Origin: Chiloscyllium plagiosum | Taxonomy: Eukaryota | Length of the DNA stretch: 64,000 bases | Direction of reading: 5' to 3' | NCBI RefSeq assembly: GCF_004010195.1 | Contig: NC_057723.1 | Span: 31,211,654-31,275,653, forward strand | Part shown: positions 25,608-39,745 of the stretch, in pieces | Position numbering within the stretch: position 1 is the first letter of the stretch | Layout: every line of letters begins with the position of its first letter | The notes under the pieces: generated by a model | Databases searched by the model: none | Seen by the model: the letters and a program-made list of their open reading frames with translations, nothing else | What the model was told of the DNA's origin: nothing | Made by a program: the position numbers and the translations under genes

Positions 25608-26602
25608 ATTGAGTTTTTTGAAGAAGTAATAAAGAGAATTGATGAGGGCGGAGAAGTAGATGTGATCTATATGGACTTGTGTAAGGCATTCAATAAGGTT
25701 CTCCATGGGAGACTGATAGCAAGGTTAGATCTCATGGAATACAGGGAGAACTAGCCATTTGGATACAGAACTGGCTCAAACGTAGAAGACAGAAGGTGGT
25801 GGTGGAGGGTTGTTTTTCATTCAGGAGGCCTGTGACCAGTAGAGTGCAACAAGGATTGGTACTAGGTCTTCTACTTTTTGTCATTTATATAAATGATTTT
25901 GATGCGAACATAAGAGGTACAGTTAGTAGGTTTGCAGATGACACCAAAATTGGAGGTGTAGTGGACAGCGAAGAGAGTTACCTCAGATTACAACCGAGTA
26001 TAGGAGTTGTGAGGTCATGTTGTGGCTGTACAGGACATTGGTTAGGCCACTGTTGGGATATTGCATGCAATTCTGGTCTCCTTCCTATCGGAAGGATGTT
26101 GTGAAACTTGAAAGGGTTCAGAAAAGATTTACAAGGATGTTGCCAGGGTTGGAGGATTTGAGCTTTAGAGAGAGGCTGGACAGGCTGGGGCTGTTTTCTC
26201 TGGAGCGTCGGAGGTTGAGGGATAACCTTATAGAGGTTTACAAAATTATGAGGGGCATGGATATGGTAAATGGGCAAAGTCTTTTCCCTGGGGTGGGGGA
26301 GTCCAGAACTAGAGGGCATAGGTTTAGGGTGAGAGGGGAAAGATATAAAAGAGACCTAAGGGGCAACCTTTTCACACAGAGGGTGGTACAGGTATGAAAT
26401 GAGCCACCAGAGGTAGTGGTGGAGGCTAGTACAATTGCAATGTTTAAGAGGCATTTGGATGGGTATATGAATAGGAAGGGTTTGGAGGGAATATGGGCCG
26501 GGTGCTGACAGGTGCGACTAGATTGGGTTGGGATATCTGGTCGGCATGGATGGTTTGGACCGAAGGGTCTGTTTCCATGCTGTACATCTCTATGACTCTA
26601 TG
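25608..26602 (+). mobile_element. CR1 RT-to-3' end with an internal deletion at ~25993
   Basis: FADDTKIGG; LYRTLVRPLLGYCMQFWSP; CTCTATGACTCTATGA tail. Confidence 0.92.
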
Positions 26603-29194
26603 ACACATGACCTCAGACTTTCTTACATTAAACTCCATCAATCAAGGTTTTGTCTATTCACACAACCTTGCAGATTCCTTAGTCCTCATCACAACATGCC
26701 CACCCGTCTATTTTTGTATCATCAAATCAGATGGTAAATAACTGAGATCCTAGGACTGATCCAGCAGTTATGTCTTTCCAACCTGAAAAAGACTCATCAG
26801 CATTCACTCTAATTGTCTTTTCGCCTGTGCAGGCTTCCGAGGTTCATCAGTGGCAGTAACTTCTGGAACTGGACCTTAATGACTCGATTGGTGTGTTGAC
26901 ACTTATTACCATGCGTGTAACCTTGGTGTGCTTCGAATGCATGCTGCCAGGCAACTTAAAGAGAACATTGACCCAACTCTTCTGTGTGTTAACAAACTCT
27001 CACTCCATGCCAATACATTAACCCTAATGTCATGAGCTGCTATCTTGCTCACTAACTATTTATGTGGCACCTTATCAAATGCATTCTGGAAATTCAAATA
27101 TATTACATCAATGGTTCTCTTGTATTCACACCGCTTGATATATCCTCAAAAAATTCTAGCAAATTTGCCACTCCTGATTTCCCTTTATGTTAAACTTGTT
27201 TAAATACCCTGCTATTTCTTCTTTGATAAGGGACTCCTGTATTTTCCCAATGTTGGATATTAAGCTAACCAGCTTAATGTTTCCTGCTTTGTGCCTCCCT
27301 CCTTTCTAGAATAGAACTAACATATTAGCAATTTTCCAATCTGCTGATATTCTCGCAGAATCCAGTGAGATCTGGAATATTTCACCCAAAGCCTTTATAA
27401 TCTCTGCAGCAATTTATTTTAAAATTCTTGTAAGGCCATCTGGACCCGATAACTTGTTTGCCTTTAGTCCTATTAAGTTGTCAAATACTTTGTGCCTTAT
27501 ATAGGGATTGTTACAAAACCATTCCTCCCAATAGTACCCTGCCTATCTGTTACCTTTGGGATATTTATAGTATCCAATGAAGTCTGATGCAAAATACTGT
27601 CTTAAGTCATGTGCAATCTTTCTGTTTCACCCTTATCGATTCCCAAGTAGCATCCTTTGAGGCCCCACCCTTACTTTAGATACTCTCTCTTTCATACAAC
27701 CACAGAAGCTCTTGTTGATTTTTTTTTATTCCTTGCAAGTTTATTATTGAAGTCAATTTCTCCCTCTTTATTAAAGTTTTATGTTAACCAATGCTAGTTC
27801 CTAAAAAGTATTTTCTTCATACCTCTTATTGCCCTTATTGATTTTGAAGATATTGGCTTGAGACCTGAATTGTTCTTCCTTAAACTGACTTTGAAATTCT
27901 ATCATGTTGCGATGACTAACCCATAGAGAATCTTGAACTATGAGATCCCTTATTAATCCTATCCCATTACATATTATTTAATCTAAAAGAGCCTGCTTCT
28001 GGATAGATGCCCCAATGTACTGCTCTAAGAAACAATCCCTGATGGACTGCACAAATTTATGTTCCATGTTACCCTTGCCCATTGGATTTGTCCAGGCCTG
28101 TTGCAGATTAAAATCACCCATGACGATTGAAGCGCCCTTTTACATGCCTTCATTATTTTCAAATATGTACATTGTTCTTCATTGGGGTAATTTTTCAGAA
28201 CATATAGTGACTCCAGTCTTTGATATTTTTTCCTTGCTATTCCTTATTTCCACACAAATTGAATCAACATCACTATATTTTGCAACCATATTACTATTCA
28301 CCACCACATTGATACCTCCCTTTATTAAAAAAAAACTACCTTTCATACTTGTCCTTTTTGCCTATTCTTCCACAACCATGTATATCCTTGAATAATTGTT
28401 TCCAAGTCTTGGTTACTTTGCAGACATATCTCTGTAATAGATATAAAGTCATATTTATTTATTCTTATTTGTTCCTTCAACTCCCTATCTTGATACAAAT
28501 GCTGTGTGCATTTAGATAAATAGCCTTAAACTTTGACTTATTATCATAATTACTTACTCTGGCTCTAATTCCTGTGTACATTTTCTTTCCCTTCCAAACA
28601 AATGTTAGTTATCCTTTGTCTCTTTACTACCCTCCATTTCTGCTCTCTTACTTTTAATTTTTTAAAACTTTAACCTTAAACAAAACACATAACACTTATC
28701 AAAGCCCATTAAATTTAAATCTAAGGAAGTTGACTATTAACCACAAAGTCATAGCATGTCAAATGACACTACAGCCAGACACAGCACAAAATAAATTAAC
28801 CAACAATAAACTTTAGGTGTCATTATGCATTCCATGATTCTTCAGTATTGATTCATTTCACAAGAACCACATCTCGCAATGACAAGTTTAAAAAAAAACT
28901 TTAGTTGGATCCAGGCTCGTAATTATTGAAGTTGGCTACAACTTATGCATGAAGGAAATCAAATATTAAGGAAACATGTCAAAAATAACTGTTTTCTAAA
29001 GTCTGTTTATATTTATCTTTCATTAATTTTAACTCCTCTTGTTCTATTGACCTCTCCAACTTTAATAGTCCCAACTTATTGTAAATATGTTACTTAATAA
29101 TTTCTACTTTAGTGTCACACTTTAACTTCAATCTTTCTTTGAAGTTAGTCCTGCTAGCTTTAAGGATCCTCCTTGTTGTTTGCCTCTTCATTAC

Positions 29195-29395
29195 ATAGAA
29201 TCCCTACACTGCATAAAGATGCCATTCAGCCCATCAAGTCTACACTGACCCATTGAAGAGCATCCCACCTAGATCCTATACCTGCAGTTACCATGGCTAA
29301 TCCACCTAAACTGCATATCCACAGACACTATGGGCAATTTGACACACCCAATCCACCTAGCCTGCACGTCTTTGGATCTAATCACTGAGCCATTA
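29195..29395 (-). mobile_element. HE1-type SINE, partial
   Basis: TAGAATCCCTAC...GGGCAATTT...CCTGCACGTCTTTGG. Confidence 0.7.
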
Positions 29396-30758
29396 TGTTA
29401 CATATCGCTTCTTCTGAAATGCAATGACCACGATTGCACATTGTTTTCCAAAGGATAGCTAACTAGATTTAATTTGTTGTAAAATCTCAGTATAATTTAT
29501 GTGGATCGACTTTTTGCCATTCTGCCAACCTATACACAAATTCAATGTTTTAATTTTGTTCCACAATATCTCAACATTGAAAATACCAAGATTACTTTTA
29601 CTTTCAAACTGTGTTTGCAATCTTACCGTGTTTCTTATTTCTATTAATTGAATTCTACAGTCTTACAATGTGCAATAGTTTTCATCAATAATTTTAATTT
29701 TAATTTGCCATTTTTTTCCAATTTTGTTACAGTTAGAAATTGCTTTAACATGTTTTATACTTTTTACACAGCCACTGAACTATCCGTTTTCAAATTACCT
29801 GTGAATTAAACAAGCCTACATTTGGTTTCTCCACTGAATTCAATTAAGTAGGTAAGAAACAATAAGGAGTCAAAAATTTAGTAAGACCCATGATTAGGTG
29901 TAGCGATTATGAAACACAAATACTCTGTATCTAGTCCAGTCGACACAGGCAGCACATAAACTCCCTTTATTTTTTAATTGAATTTGAGTGTTGAGTGAAC
30001 CAAAGGGGTTTTTTGAAGACCAACAATGGCAATTCTTTGGCATTGGTCTTTCACTGGCCTGGTTGGATTTGAACATGTATCCTCCACAGCATTATCTTGG
30101 ACCTCAGAGCTACTAATCCAGTAAATTACTGCTTCATTGTCTCCTTCCACTTCATGCTGTGGGCTCTCTAACATGATTGTAGGGTCCAGTCCAGCAGGCC
30201 CTGACTGGCTGCCCATTCCACAGTGGGACCAACGATGTGCACTGCTCATACTGAAACCATTAGCATTGGCTGCAGCTATTCGGGTAAAGCTGTATATGAG
30301 CCTGCAATTTAGGCACTGGTAGAATGAAATGCAAGTAGCTCAGTTTTAGTTGCATTATTGTGGTCTTGGATAAATTTAACATGACTATTTTGGGGGGGGT
30401 TGTTATTTCATGATTTTGAAACAAAAGGATGGAGTGCTAGTCCTTACCAAATGGATTGAAAAGTAGTAAATTATGGAGCAGTGGTGGTTTGGGACTGAGA
30501 TTTCGGTAGAATCAAAATCTGAGTATCCATTCATTGACAACTTGTCCAATGAATTATTGTCCAGGATGATTCCTATCCCTTTCCTTCTTGTCTTCTGCCT
30601 CCTCTTTTTCCTTCTTTACTGGCAGCTGTCTCCAAAGGTCCAATGGCAAAGCTTGTGTCTTCTCTGACCACCAGTAACTTGGTGACATCCTCTACAATTT
30701 AATGGGGGGCTCCTCCAAGCAGTTCAGCCAGTTGTAGGATCATTGTTTCAGTACATTG

Positions 30759-30928
30759 TACAGAAAGTGAGGTCTGCAGATGCTGGAGATCAGAGCTGAA
30801 AATGTGTTGCTGGAAAAGCGCAGCAGGTCAGGCAGCATCCAGGGAACAGGAGAATCGACGTTTCGGGCATAAGCCCTTCTTCAGGATGCTGCCTGACCTG
30901 CTGCGCTTTTCCAGCAACACATTTTCAG
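30759..30928 (-). mobile_element. PLE-derived family A element with one arm partly deleted
   Basis: 12-bp TSD TTCAGTACATTG (30747-30758, 30929-30940). Confidence 0.88.
30854..30887 (-). ncRNA. Minimal hammerhead ribozyme
   Basis: Minus strand AUC-CUGAAGA-A-GGGCUUAUGCCC-GAAACGUC-GAU. Confidence 0.72.
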
Positions 30929-32849
30929 TTCAGTACATTGCAGTCTGCTTCATGATGCTCCTGGTAACAGCGTTTCTCTAATTGTAGATGTACTGACCTC
31001 ATCTTGTTGGGTAGCATAAAGGGATTCATAATTTAGGTGGAGATTAGCCAACCCTTATAACAAAGGAACCTGCCTCTGGTTTGTTATTGTGACAAAAAGA
31101 TGGCAGTTTGCCTGACAGAGGATGAGTGCATAATGGCTGCTGCTCGAAAAGCAGGTGTGATACCCTGTGCACACCAATGCACCTTTGTGGAGTCATAGAC
31201 CTTGTTTTGTGGTAGAACTCCCTGTTAGTATATAGCACACAATACCATATGCCTCAAGCTGATAGTGTCCTGCTGCACTGAGATCCCTGCTAGTCCAGTA
31301 AATCCATATGCATGCTGTTCCTTCATGGCTAAATAGAAGACAATGTATCTCCCTCCCCTGGATGCTGTTACCTCCCTGATGCAGTGATACCATCCTTACC
31401 CTGCTTTATTGCTCCAGGTCTGATTGGAGGAGGTTGTACATTTCATTTAGCACCTTCTTGCTGAAATGCTGGAACCTCTGACACTGCTCATGTTTGGGTT
31501 CAAGACCAGAAACTGCACCCTGAAGGTCCTTAACGTGGGGAGATCTACTCCTCCTTTATCTGCCTACAGCTTCCACTCTCTGATCCTAACCTCTACCTTT
31601 CCATCTTGTTGTAGCTCAGGAGGAACTTCAATTATAGTTTCCATGACTGAAAGCAGGCTTTCTCTAAATACGCCTTCTGATCCTCTGACCTCCTTGTCAA
31701 AATCCCACTCTTCAATCACTGTCAACATGGTATCTCTACGTACACTGCGGCAGTGAAAGTCAATAGACACCTCACTTGGGAGTTGAATTGAGATCCCTTC
31801 AAGTAATACTTGTCAGGACCAAAGACTAGAGAGCTCCTACATGGAGCTAAATAGTTCAGTGGAATTTATTAAAAGTTGACATAGCAAAGATCAATGGCAT
31901 TATGGAACTAAATTTTGCAGTCAAGTCACCAACTAATGAGTTCTATTAGAATATTGAATTAAGATTAAAATTGAATTTATTGTTTCACTGGAAATTGAAC
32001 ACAAAGCATTGAGCCCATGTTATTTTGTTGATATGGTAGTCTTTCATCTGACAATTTCTCAAGGATGGAGAAATGTGGATACAAATTTCTGTGACAATTT
32101 GGAGGAGTAGGGATGGAAGTGAGTAAATGCAATGTAAATATAAATATATGGTTTGGTGATGGATTATAATCAGGGCAATGAAGTACAGTTCAGCATCAAC
32201 AAAAAACATCTGGACAATGTACAGTGTGTTCAACCTGAACAGCAACTGGGAGTTAAGTTTCAGATTCAGGATTTCAGTCAAAAGCCAAACAACGTGGCTT
32301 TCATCTTGACAATTAGGCTGAAGGTAATTCCAGGTGGCTGGAATTCTACTGCATGGACAGAGCAACAGAACAGTATTGGAAGATCTATGGAATTAAAGTG
32401 GTTGACATCCTTCCATTTATGAGAGATGATCAGAATGCAGTCTCAGAATCTTGGTGAGGTCAGATGAAATCTTCAACTACATTTTTTTAACAAATTGAAC
32501 AAGCTGATTTTGGAAAGGCAAAGTCTTCCACAAGTAGCCCACATGAAATTATCCCTTGCCAATGATGCAGAATGACCTCTGCTGCCATTTTGCTTGCCGG
32601 GCTGGAGTCTTCCCTAGTGTTTCAGAAACCACGTGTTGGGGTGTTGTCAAACTTCTGTCCATAGCTGACTGAATAGTCTGCGCAGTATTTGGAGAAACAA
32701 CTCATGGAGTATCACACTTTGCATTCAATCTGAGACACTGAATCTAGCTGAAAGAAAGGAGCTGCCAAATCTGGGCTGGAAATTGTTCCAGGACAAGCCA
32801 GAAGGTACTTTCTCAAAAGATCACCAGTCACCACTGAACTGAAAAGTTT

Positions 32850-33100
32850 TTAACTATTCCTAAGCTGGACCCTCAAGGCAATGTTTTCACTTTGGCCCAA
32901 AGCTTGCACCTGGTGGATGGACACCAGGGCAAGACTACATGTTACCTATCGCATCTTTAGTAAGGTGTGGGAGGGGCAACATTCCACTAAGATCCCCTGC
33001 AGGTTAATCTAGGTTTATAGATTGCCTACTTACTGTGAGTCATCCTGAGGAGACATGACATGGACCTTAATGATGCATAGGGTGGTGTGTTGATAGTACA
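32850..33100 (-). mobile_element. Harbinger transposase C-terminal relic
   Basis: Minus-strand LLKMR (cf. GLLKMRFRCL of HARBI1-type nucleases) at ~32950-32963. Confidence 0.35.
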
Positions 33101-33719
33101 GATTTACACAATGGGATCACTCTTTGCAGTAAGCTATCCAGCGGATGGATTATGTGACTGCATTTCAAGCATAGCATCACACTGTAGTAAACCACTGAGA
33201 CACGGGAGTTGAGGTGGTAGAGACTTAAAGTGGAATGTCATCATGACCCCATTCTTGCGCATATGCTTTCTGAAAAGTAGTATGTAAATCAGAAAGGGAA
33301 GGTATGCAAGGATGAAATGTTGGGGAACATTGAGGATAATCAAGAAAGGTCATGTGAAGATAAATATGGAGACAACTAGGAATAGAATTCTGTCGGAGTG
33401 AAACACAGAAAATTGAGCAAAGTGTAAGGATTGTGTCTTTTAGTTTTGTATTTTTAATTGTGGGAATATAATTGTTTTAAAAACCAAGGATTGCTAAATG
33501 GCTTGCAAACAAATCATCTGATATCCTTACTGTGCACACTGTTTGAATAGCTGTTGGCTACAGCTGTGTTTGTAGATGAATTGAAGCCATCCAAGTTGTA
33601 CAAAGGTGGGGTTTTGGTTAACAACCAAAAGCTGATTGGTTATGAAGAAGTGACCAGTTAGCAATGACAATGGCATTCTGCCTGCCAACAACGATGTGAT
33701 TGGTTCTCAAATCTGTGGC

Positions 33720-33860
33720 CGACGTCCTTCTAAAGAAAGTTCATTGAACATAAACTTAACTTTGCTTTATTCCACAGTTGCTGGCAGACCTGCTGAGTTC
33801 TTCCAACAATTTCTGTTTGAGTTTCTGGTTTCCGGCATTTGCAGTTCTTTGGCTTTTTTT
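33720..33860 (+). mobile_element. PLE family C terminal fragment
   Basis: TTAACTTTGCTTTATTCCACAGTTGCTGGCAGACCTGCTGAG...GGCATTTGCAGTTCTTT. Confidence 0.6.
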
Positions 33861-34912
33861 AAAGTGCATCTGGCAAGCCAATGGAAGCACTTGGAGAAAA
33901 ACACCTGAGATGCGGCAGTCTGACAAGAATTATAAGACATATCTCGACAGATCATATGAACAATGACTACTGAACTGCTTTCATAACGTTCTCTCCATCC
34001 ATAACATTCATATTTTATTTTTTCCCTGTCTCTGTCCATTTGTCTATGTGCTTGTAGAGTTTCTGAGGGGATTACAGTTTTAATTTGTAGAGCTATGTGC
34101 TGATGATTCACTGTTTACTTGTAGCTAGAATCTAATTCCTTGTAAAAAATATTTTTTTTTGTTAATTACAGAAATCTGGTCTGTGCTTTCTGTGAGCCTG
34201 TGCTTACAAAGCAGATAAACTGGAGAACAGTGGGACTTGATTTCCACAGTGCTACCCTAGTGTGTTGTGACAAATGAGTAAGGGCGAAGGGACCAACATT
34301 ATAAGGTTTAAAAATAGTTGAAGAGAAGGAAGGATAATACATTACTTTCACAGTCAAGGAGTATGTCATTTAATATTATAACCAGGACAGCCTTGGTGCT
34401 GTGCACAAAATGGGAATCGCACTGATTCACTTGAACAGAGGGTGTGTTACAACAGAGTTGGGTGGCAAAATGAGAAGGGAAGGAAGAGCTTATCAATTAC
34501 AAGAAAATGACATAATATCAAATGCTTCATGTTTTCCACAGTCAACATTGCCAAATAAATGGTTTGGGAAGCTTAAAAGGTATTAAGTACAAACCAAACT
34601 TAATCTAACAGAACTTTGGTCTGAAAATTCAATATTTCTTCCTTTGTTCTGTTGCTATGTTGATGCAGTGAAAATGTTGACACAATATTTGTAGAACATA
34701 CTTTGCTTGCTGATGCTATGATAGCCCTTGCACATCTCAGTTAACCTTTGGCCTGACTTAAAAGCTTAGTCTGGAAGAGCTTTGGATGTGCCTAGCTTCC
34801 TTTAGAAAAATAAATTTTTACCTTGAGGCAAGGAAAGAGGAAAAGCACACGTAAGACTGTGGTCTTTTTACACACCACACAGCTCAATTATCTGTTAGCA
34901 TTGTTTTCTTAG

Positions 34913-34969
34913 GTCATTCATTGCACTGGAAGCCCGGCCAGCCTGAGGTGACAGATGCACAACACGAAG
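34913..34969 (+). CDS. Candidate 57-nt internal exon (phase 1-1) of an unidentified host gene
   Basis: TTGTTTTCTTAG|...GAAG|GTATGT; one open frame (x)HSLHWKPGQPEVTDAQHE; GC-rich relative to non-repetitive flanks. Confidence 0.45.
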
Positions 34970-35556
34970 GTATGTACCTGCCTTATAAATCATTTAGAGT
35001 GATTACAAGGGTTTACAGTTAATCTACTTTTGTTTGCTAAATTGTAGCTGATTGTGAAGTGTCATTGTGAATTACATCAAGGGCATAAATTACACTGTTG
35101 ATGGATTCTTTTACAATTTGTTGCATTATTGAGTAGAAAATGCAATGGGGATAGATTTAAGTAGGGGCAAGACCACAGATTTTTTTTTGCTGGGGTTGAA
35201 ATTGGAAAGAGTTTAACAAAATCATGGGGATGTGAGTGGGGAAGGATATCTGGAGATGATACTAGTTACAATTGATGGCGTGGTGGGGAGGAATTCGGCC
35301 ATATAGACATTAATCCGTCATACAGATATTACCTTACTGAATCTGAAGAAAACACACTGTACCTTTTAATACACAAACAATGCTGTAAGTGCAATGATCT
35401 CACGGACCCTGCCCTTTCTAACTTTATTTTCCTTATTGATTTCCTGAGAACAAGCAAAATCTGTCTCCACAGGTTATAGTTAAAAATAGTATCAAACTGA
35501 AAGCTTGTGAAAGTCTTTACTGTCTGACCATCTGCTAAGGTTGGACTAGTTCCCTA

Positions 35557-35784
35557 GAGGTTGTTCTGCGATAGTGCGTGTTTCATCAGCGTGAATTGGC
35601 TATAACACAACTGGTGAATTGTAGACGTTGTTTGTATAACACAAACTTTCTACTGAACGGGTATAGTGATTGTCTGTTAGCCATCTTCTACAGCGCAATT
35701 TTCTATCTCAGTTTCCATAGCACAATTTTCTATAGAGCAAGGTTGCAGAGGAACATTACTGTTGCGTTATAGCAGAATGACCTG
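35557..35784. mobile_element. Tc1/mariner-type MITE
   Basis: TA flanks; TIRs GAGGTTGTTCTGCGATAGTGC / GCGTTATAGCAGAATGACCTG. Confidence 0.75.
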
Positions 35785-36075
35785 TACAGACGCGCTGTTG
35801 AAGCTAGAAGTGAGCAGATTGGAGGTGAATTGCTGTTGAGTTTTAGATAACATAAATGTTACTTCACTTCAAACCTCAACACCACCCTCCTAATCTTGAA
35901 GGTCAGAAATTCTCTGAATTTTGTTTCAGCACTCTGTTTTGGATCTGTGGTGAAGACATCACTATCCTGAAAGGTTAACAACAACATTAGTAAGATATTA
36001 AACAAAATGTTCAGAAGGATTTTTTAAAATTAGATGATACAGAGGTATCCTTTACAAATGAGATTTTTCAGATCA

Positions 36076-36198
36076 GCCAGGATAATTAAATTAAATCCAG
36101 ATGCCACAGTATATTTGCAGGAGACTACTCCAGGATAATTAAAACAAATCCAGATGCTGGAGTATATTTTGCAGATGAGCATTCTAGGATAATTAAAG
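36076..36198. repeat. Degenerate tandem repeat, ~54-bp unit
   Basis: AGGATAATTAAA x3; AAATCCAGATGC x2. Confidence 0.75.
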
Positions 36199-36897
36199 AA
36201 GTCGTAGAGCTTGTTCAAACAGGCAGATGGGTTGTAAAAATAGAGGTAATATCATTGCCTTAATTAAGTTAAAAAACTACCAATTTTCTCTTTGAAAACA
36301 TTCATTAAGAACAAGCTGATGCCTCATATTTCGAAAGAAAATAATAGTTTAGTGTCTTCTCAATTATTCATTTTGAAATTCTGTTTGATTTTATTAAATA
36401 GTCTCATCTCTTTAACTTTTGAATTATAAATTTTTCCAACGCCTTAACACTAAAGAATTCAAACAGTCTGGCTCAACAGGTGTGGGGAAAGTGCAAGGAG
36501 AGATGATAGATGAGGATAGCAGCTGGAGAGAGGGAAGCTAACAAAGGGGTGTGTGAGGACCAACTCCAGCACATTGTGTTTCTAGCATTTGCAAAATAAT
36601 TTTACTTCAAAAACAAAACTGATACAAGGTCAGAAATTATACTCAAGAATTGTTTTTCTTCTGTTATCCAGTTTACTCTTGCTGTCATCAAGATAGTAAG
36701 GAGGGGAAATATTATCAGGTGAGCAGTGTTACTTTTTGCTGAATCTTCTCAATTTGACTCTTCAACCTTTTAATATAATTTTATATGTGCCATGTTTTGG
36801 AACCAACAGTCCAACCAAATAGGTACCAGATGATTTGCTGTCCATTTTATTGTGTGTAAAAACAATGAGAGAGCATTGCATGTATTCTGTGTTGCAG

Positions 36898-36956
36898 ATT
36901 TATTCAAAGTGATGCCACCATGCTGCCATACTCCGAATGATCGAATCTTCACCATG
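36898..36956 (+). CDS. Candidate 59-nt exon
   Basis: TTCTGTGTTGCAG|...ACCATG|GTAAAG; the only open frame is phase 1 and continues the 57-nt exon: DLFKVMPPCCHTPNDRIFTM. Confidence 0.35.
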
Positions 36957-37249
36957 GTAAAGGATTTTCATTATATTTATTGGCCGTTGGTCTAGTTTGA
37001 AAGACATAATGTTACTTATGTCATGTTATGTTATACCTGTGATGCTGATAGCAACCATGACTCCTTCCCTTGGCAGTAATCTATACTGCAACCTTTGCAT
37101 GAAAGGGAGATTGGACAGTTAGCTCTTTGCAGAATAAGGATATTCTTTTCACTCATTACTGATGATGTTGCTTTGAATGAGTATTGATCCAGACATGAAG
37201 AATGCCTTGATGAAGCCACCAGGATCTTGCACCATCCGATCATTGAAAT

Positions 37250-37545
37250 CATAGAATCCCTACAGTGTGGAAGCATCAAGTTCACATCAACCCTCTGAAG
37301 AGCATCCCACCCAGACCCACCCCATCCCCGTTTCCCTACATTTCCCATGGCTAATCCATCTAGCCTGCACATCCCTAGACACTATGGGGCAATTTAGCAT
37401 GCTAATCCACCTAGCCTGCACATAATTTGACTGTGGGAGAAAATCGCAGGCATGTGCAAACTCCACCTAGACAGTTGCCTGAGTGTAGAATCAAACGAGG
37501 ATCTCTGGCACTGTGAAGCAGCAGTGCTAAACACTGTGCTACCAC
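37250..37545 (-). mobile_element. HE1-type SINE
   Basis: ...CTGTGAAGCAGCAGTGCTAAACACTGTGC is the reverse complement of the SINE head. Confidence 0.82.
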
Positions 37546-38094
37546 GTTACCTCTAAATATCAAACTAAATATTTTGGTAGATCAGATAGTTGTTGCAGGT
37601 GGTGCCCTGCTACTTGCAGTCTGTTGCCTTTTTCCATAGTTTCCCCAAAGAGTCAGTAGCATGGAGCAGCTGGAAAATGATACAGTAGGACAATCATTAG
37701 CTGAGCCAGAAGACACAGTTGATGTTACATGGCTTAAAACTGGGAGGACTGGTTGCTTAATATTCAAAACATAGTGTTCATAAAAAGACAGGAAAAGATA
37801 AAAGGGAAGTACAATGTCAGTACTAAATGGAAAGACATTAGTGGTGAATACGGATTTAATGTCACTGGAAAAGAAATCCAGGGGTTTCAACTATTGCTCT
37901 GAGGATGTGTTTCAAATGTTACTGTTGAAGCTGATGAAATTTCTATAGGTATTGAAAGCTTGCCTCAGTCACAGGGACTATAAAACTATAATTGGTTTTC
38001 AAAAAAAAAAACCATCTGGCTCATTGAAGTCCTTTCTTGAAGGAAATCTGCTGGCCTATAAGTGACTCCAGATCTACAGCAACATGGTTGACTC

Positions 38095-39030
38095 TTAAAC
38101 AATCAAAAACAGAAAGTGCTGATAGCAACTGGGAGAGGAAAACAGAGTTAGAAAAACAACTCCTACCATGTTCTTTACATAGCTCCACATCCTCAGATCC
38201 TGGTCTGTGTGGGTTGCTCTCAGCACAGCCAACCCACTTTCAACTATTCACAGTTCCCATGATGGCCTATTCAGCTTTACTTCTTTCCCAGCTTATTCTC
38301 AGCAATCCCTTTGTCTGCTTCCTTTTTTTCTCTTGCTCTGTCTGGGAACCGTTTCCATCTATCCATCTCACTCCTTCTCCCCACCACCCCCATCATTACC
38401 AAAGTACCTCTACACTGGGAGATGAAAAGCAGACTGGGTGACAGTTTTGCTGAATTACTATGCTCTATCCATAAAAATGACCTTGAACTTCCAGTTGCCT
38501 ACCACTATGTTGCCATGCCAACACTTCTGTCTCAGGCTGCTGTTACACTCCAGTAAAGCTCAATTCAAGCTAAAGGAACAACACCTCATCTTCTGCCTAG
38601 GTACAGCCTTCAGGACTCAATATTTGCTCAGATTGGGAAAAAAGTTTAACAACTTCAGAACATTAACACCCGCTTCTATGTTTGTTACTCTCCTCCCACA
38701 CCCTTAACTCCTGTATGTATGGGTTGCTCCCACCACAGCCAACCCAATTTCAACTATTTTCACTTCTCATTAACACCCTAGTCAGTATTTATCTCTCTGA
38801 CATTTTAGTATCAGCTATCTCTTTGCCAATCCCGTTTTTCTCTCTCTGTCCTTAAGGCACTCTCTCCATGTACTCCATTCACAGCTCCTACCCTATCATG
38901 AGCATAAATATCATGTTTTTCCCAAAATAACCCTATTTTTCTCTCTCTACACATGCTACCAGACCTATTGGGTTTCACCAACCTTTTCAGTTTTTTGCTT
39001 CTGTTTTCTAGCACAAGCAGTTATTTAGTT
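38095..39030 (+). mobile_element. PLE family C 3' part with a decayed GIY-YIG endonuclease
   Basis: LYTG/EMKSRLGDSFAELLCSIHKNDLELPVAYH and KAQFKLKEQHLIFCLGT; the 3' UTR segment is duplicated (38200-38390 vs 38715-38890). Confidence 0.78.
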
Positions 39031-39039
39031 TTAGTACTA

Positions 39040-39745
39040 TTCCACTTCATATCTATTGTCCTATCCCTTCATTTAAATTACAAACTTATTTTATCTAGGT
39101 CAGCTTATTTATGCTTAAAATAGTAGTCTCGAATCCACTGAATTATGATTGTTGCTATCAAGGGCATCTACATTATAAGGTCATTAATTAGTCCTAATTT
39201 ATTGTACAATACTAGGTCTAGTATAGCCTATTTTCTGGTTGCCTCCAAAATGTGCTATTCCAAGAAACTAATCCCACAAAATGTTATGAACTCCTTTGCC
39301 AATGTGCCTTTTCCAGTTTATATGTAATTTAAAATTCCCTATGATTAGCTCTGCACCTTTCTCAACAATTCCCATTATATATTATTTTATATTCTATCCT
39401 ACCATGTGACTGTTATTAAGAATCATGTACACAATTCCCATAAGCGATATCCTACTTTTATAATTGGGTATTTCGATCAAATTGCTTCTACATCCTGGTT
39501 TCTTGAACTTAGGATATACTTCTCTCTGGTGTTAATAGTATAATTAATTAATGGAGCCACCGAGTTTCCTATCCTTCCTAAATAACATGTGGTCTTCAAT
39601 ATATAGATTCCAATCGATGTCAACCTGCAGCCCTGGCCCTGTAATGGCTTTCAGATAGTGCAAATAGAAATAAGGTAATGCAGTTAGTTCATCTGCTTTG
39701 TTTTGAATACTAAATGCATTCAGGTTTAGAGCCTTTAGTTTTAAA
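39040..39745 (-). mobile_element. Old CR1 endonuclease region
   Basis: LNLNAFSIQNKADEL...LFRKDR (ORF 39544..39834). Confidence 0.7.

Larger units (their letters stand above)
24625..28560 (-). mobile_element. Old CR1 (RT to endonuclease region), fragmented by younger insertions
   Basis: RPHPEHCVQF (24622..24906); minus-strand DFQNAFDKVP at ~27065-27095 and MGDFN at ~28110. Confidence 0.7.

Noticed and set aside
33423-34145. Possible LTR or TIR element (TGTAAGGA...TCCTTGTA)
   Set aside because: Ends imperfect and TSD not exact
36076-36198. CRISPR-like repeat-spacer array
   Set aside because: The intervening sequences are homologous to each other; vertebrate context with no cas genes
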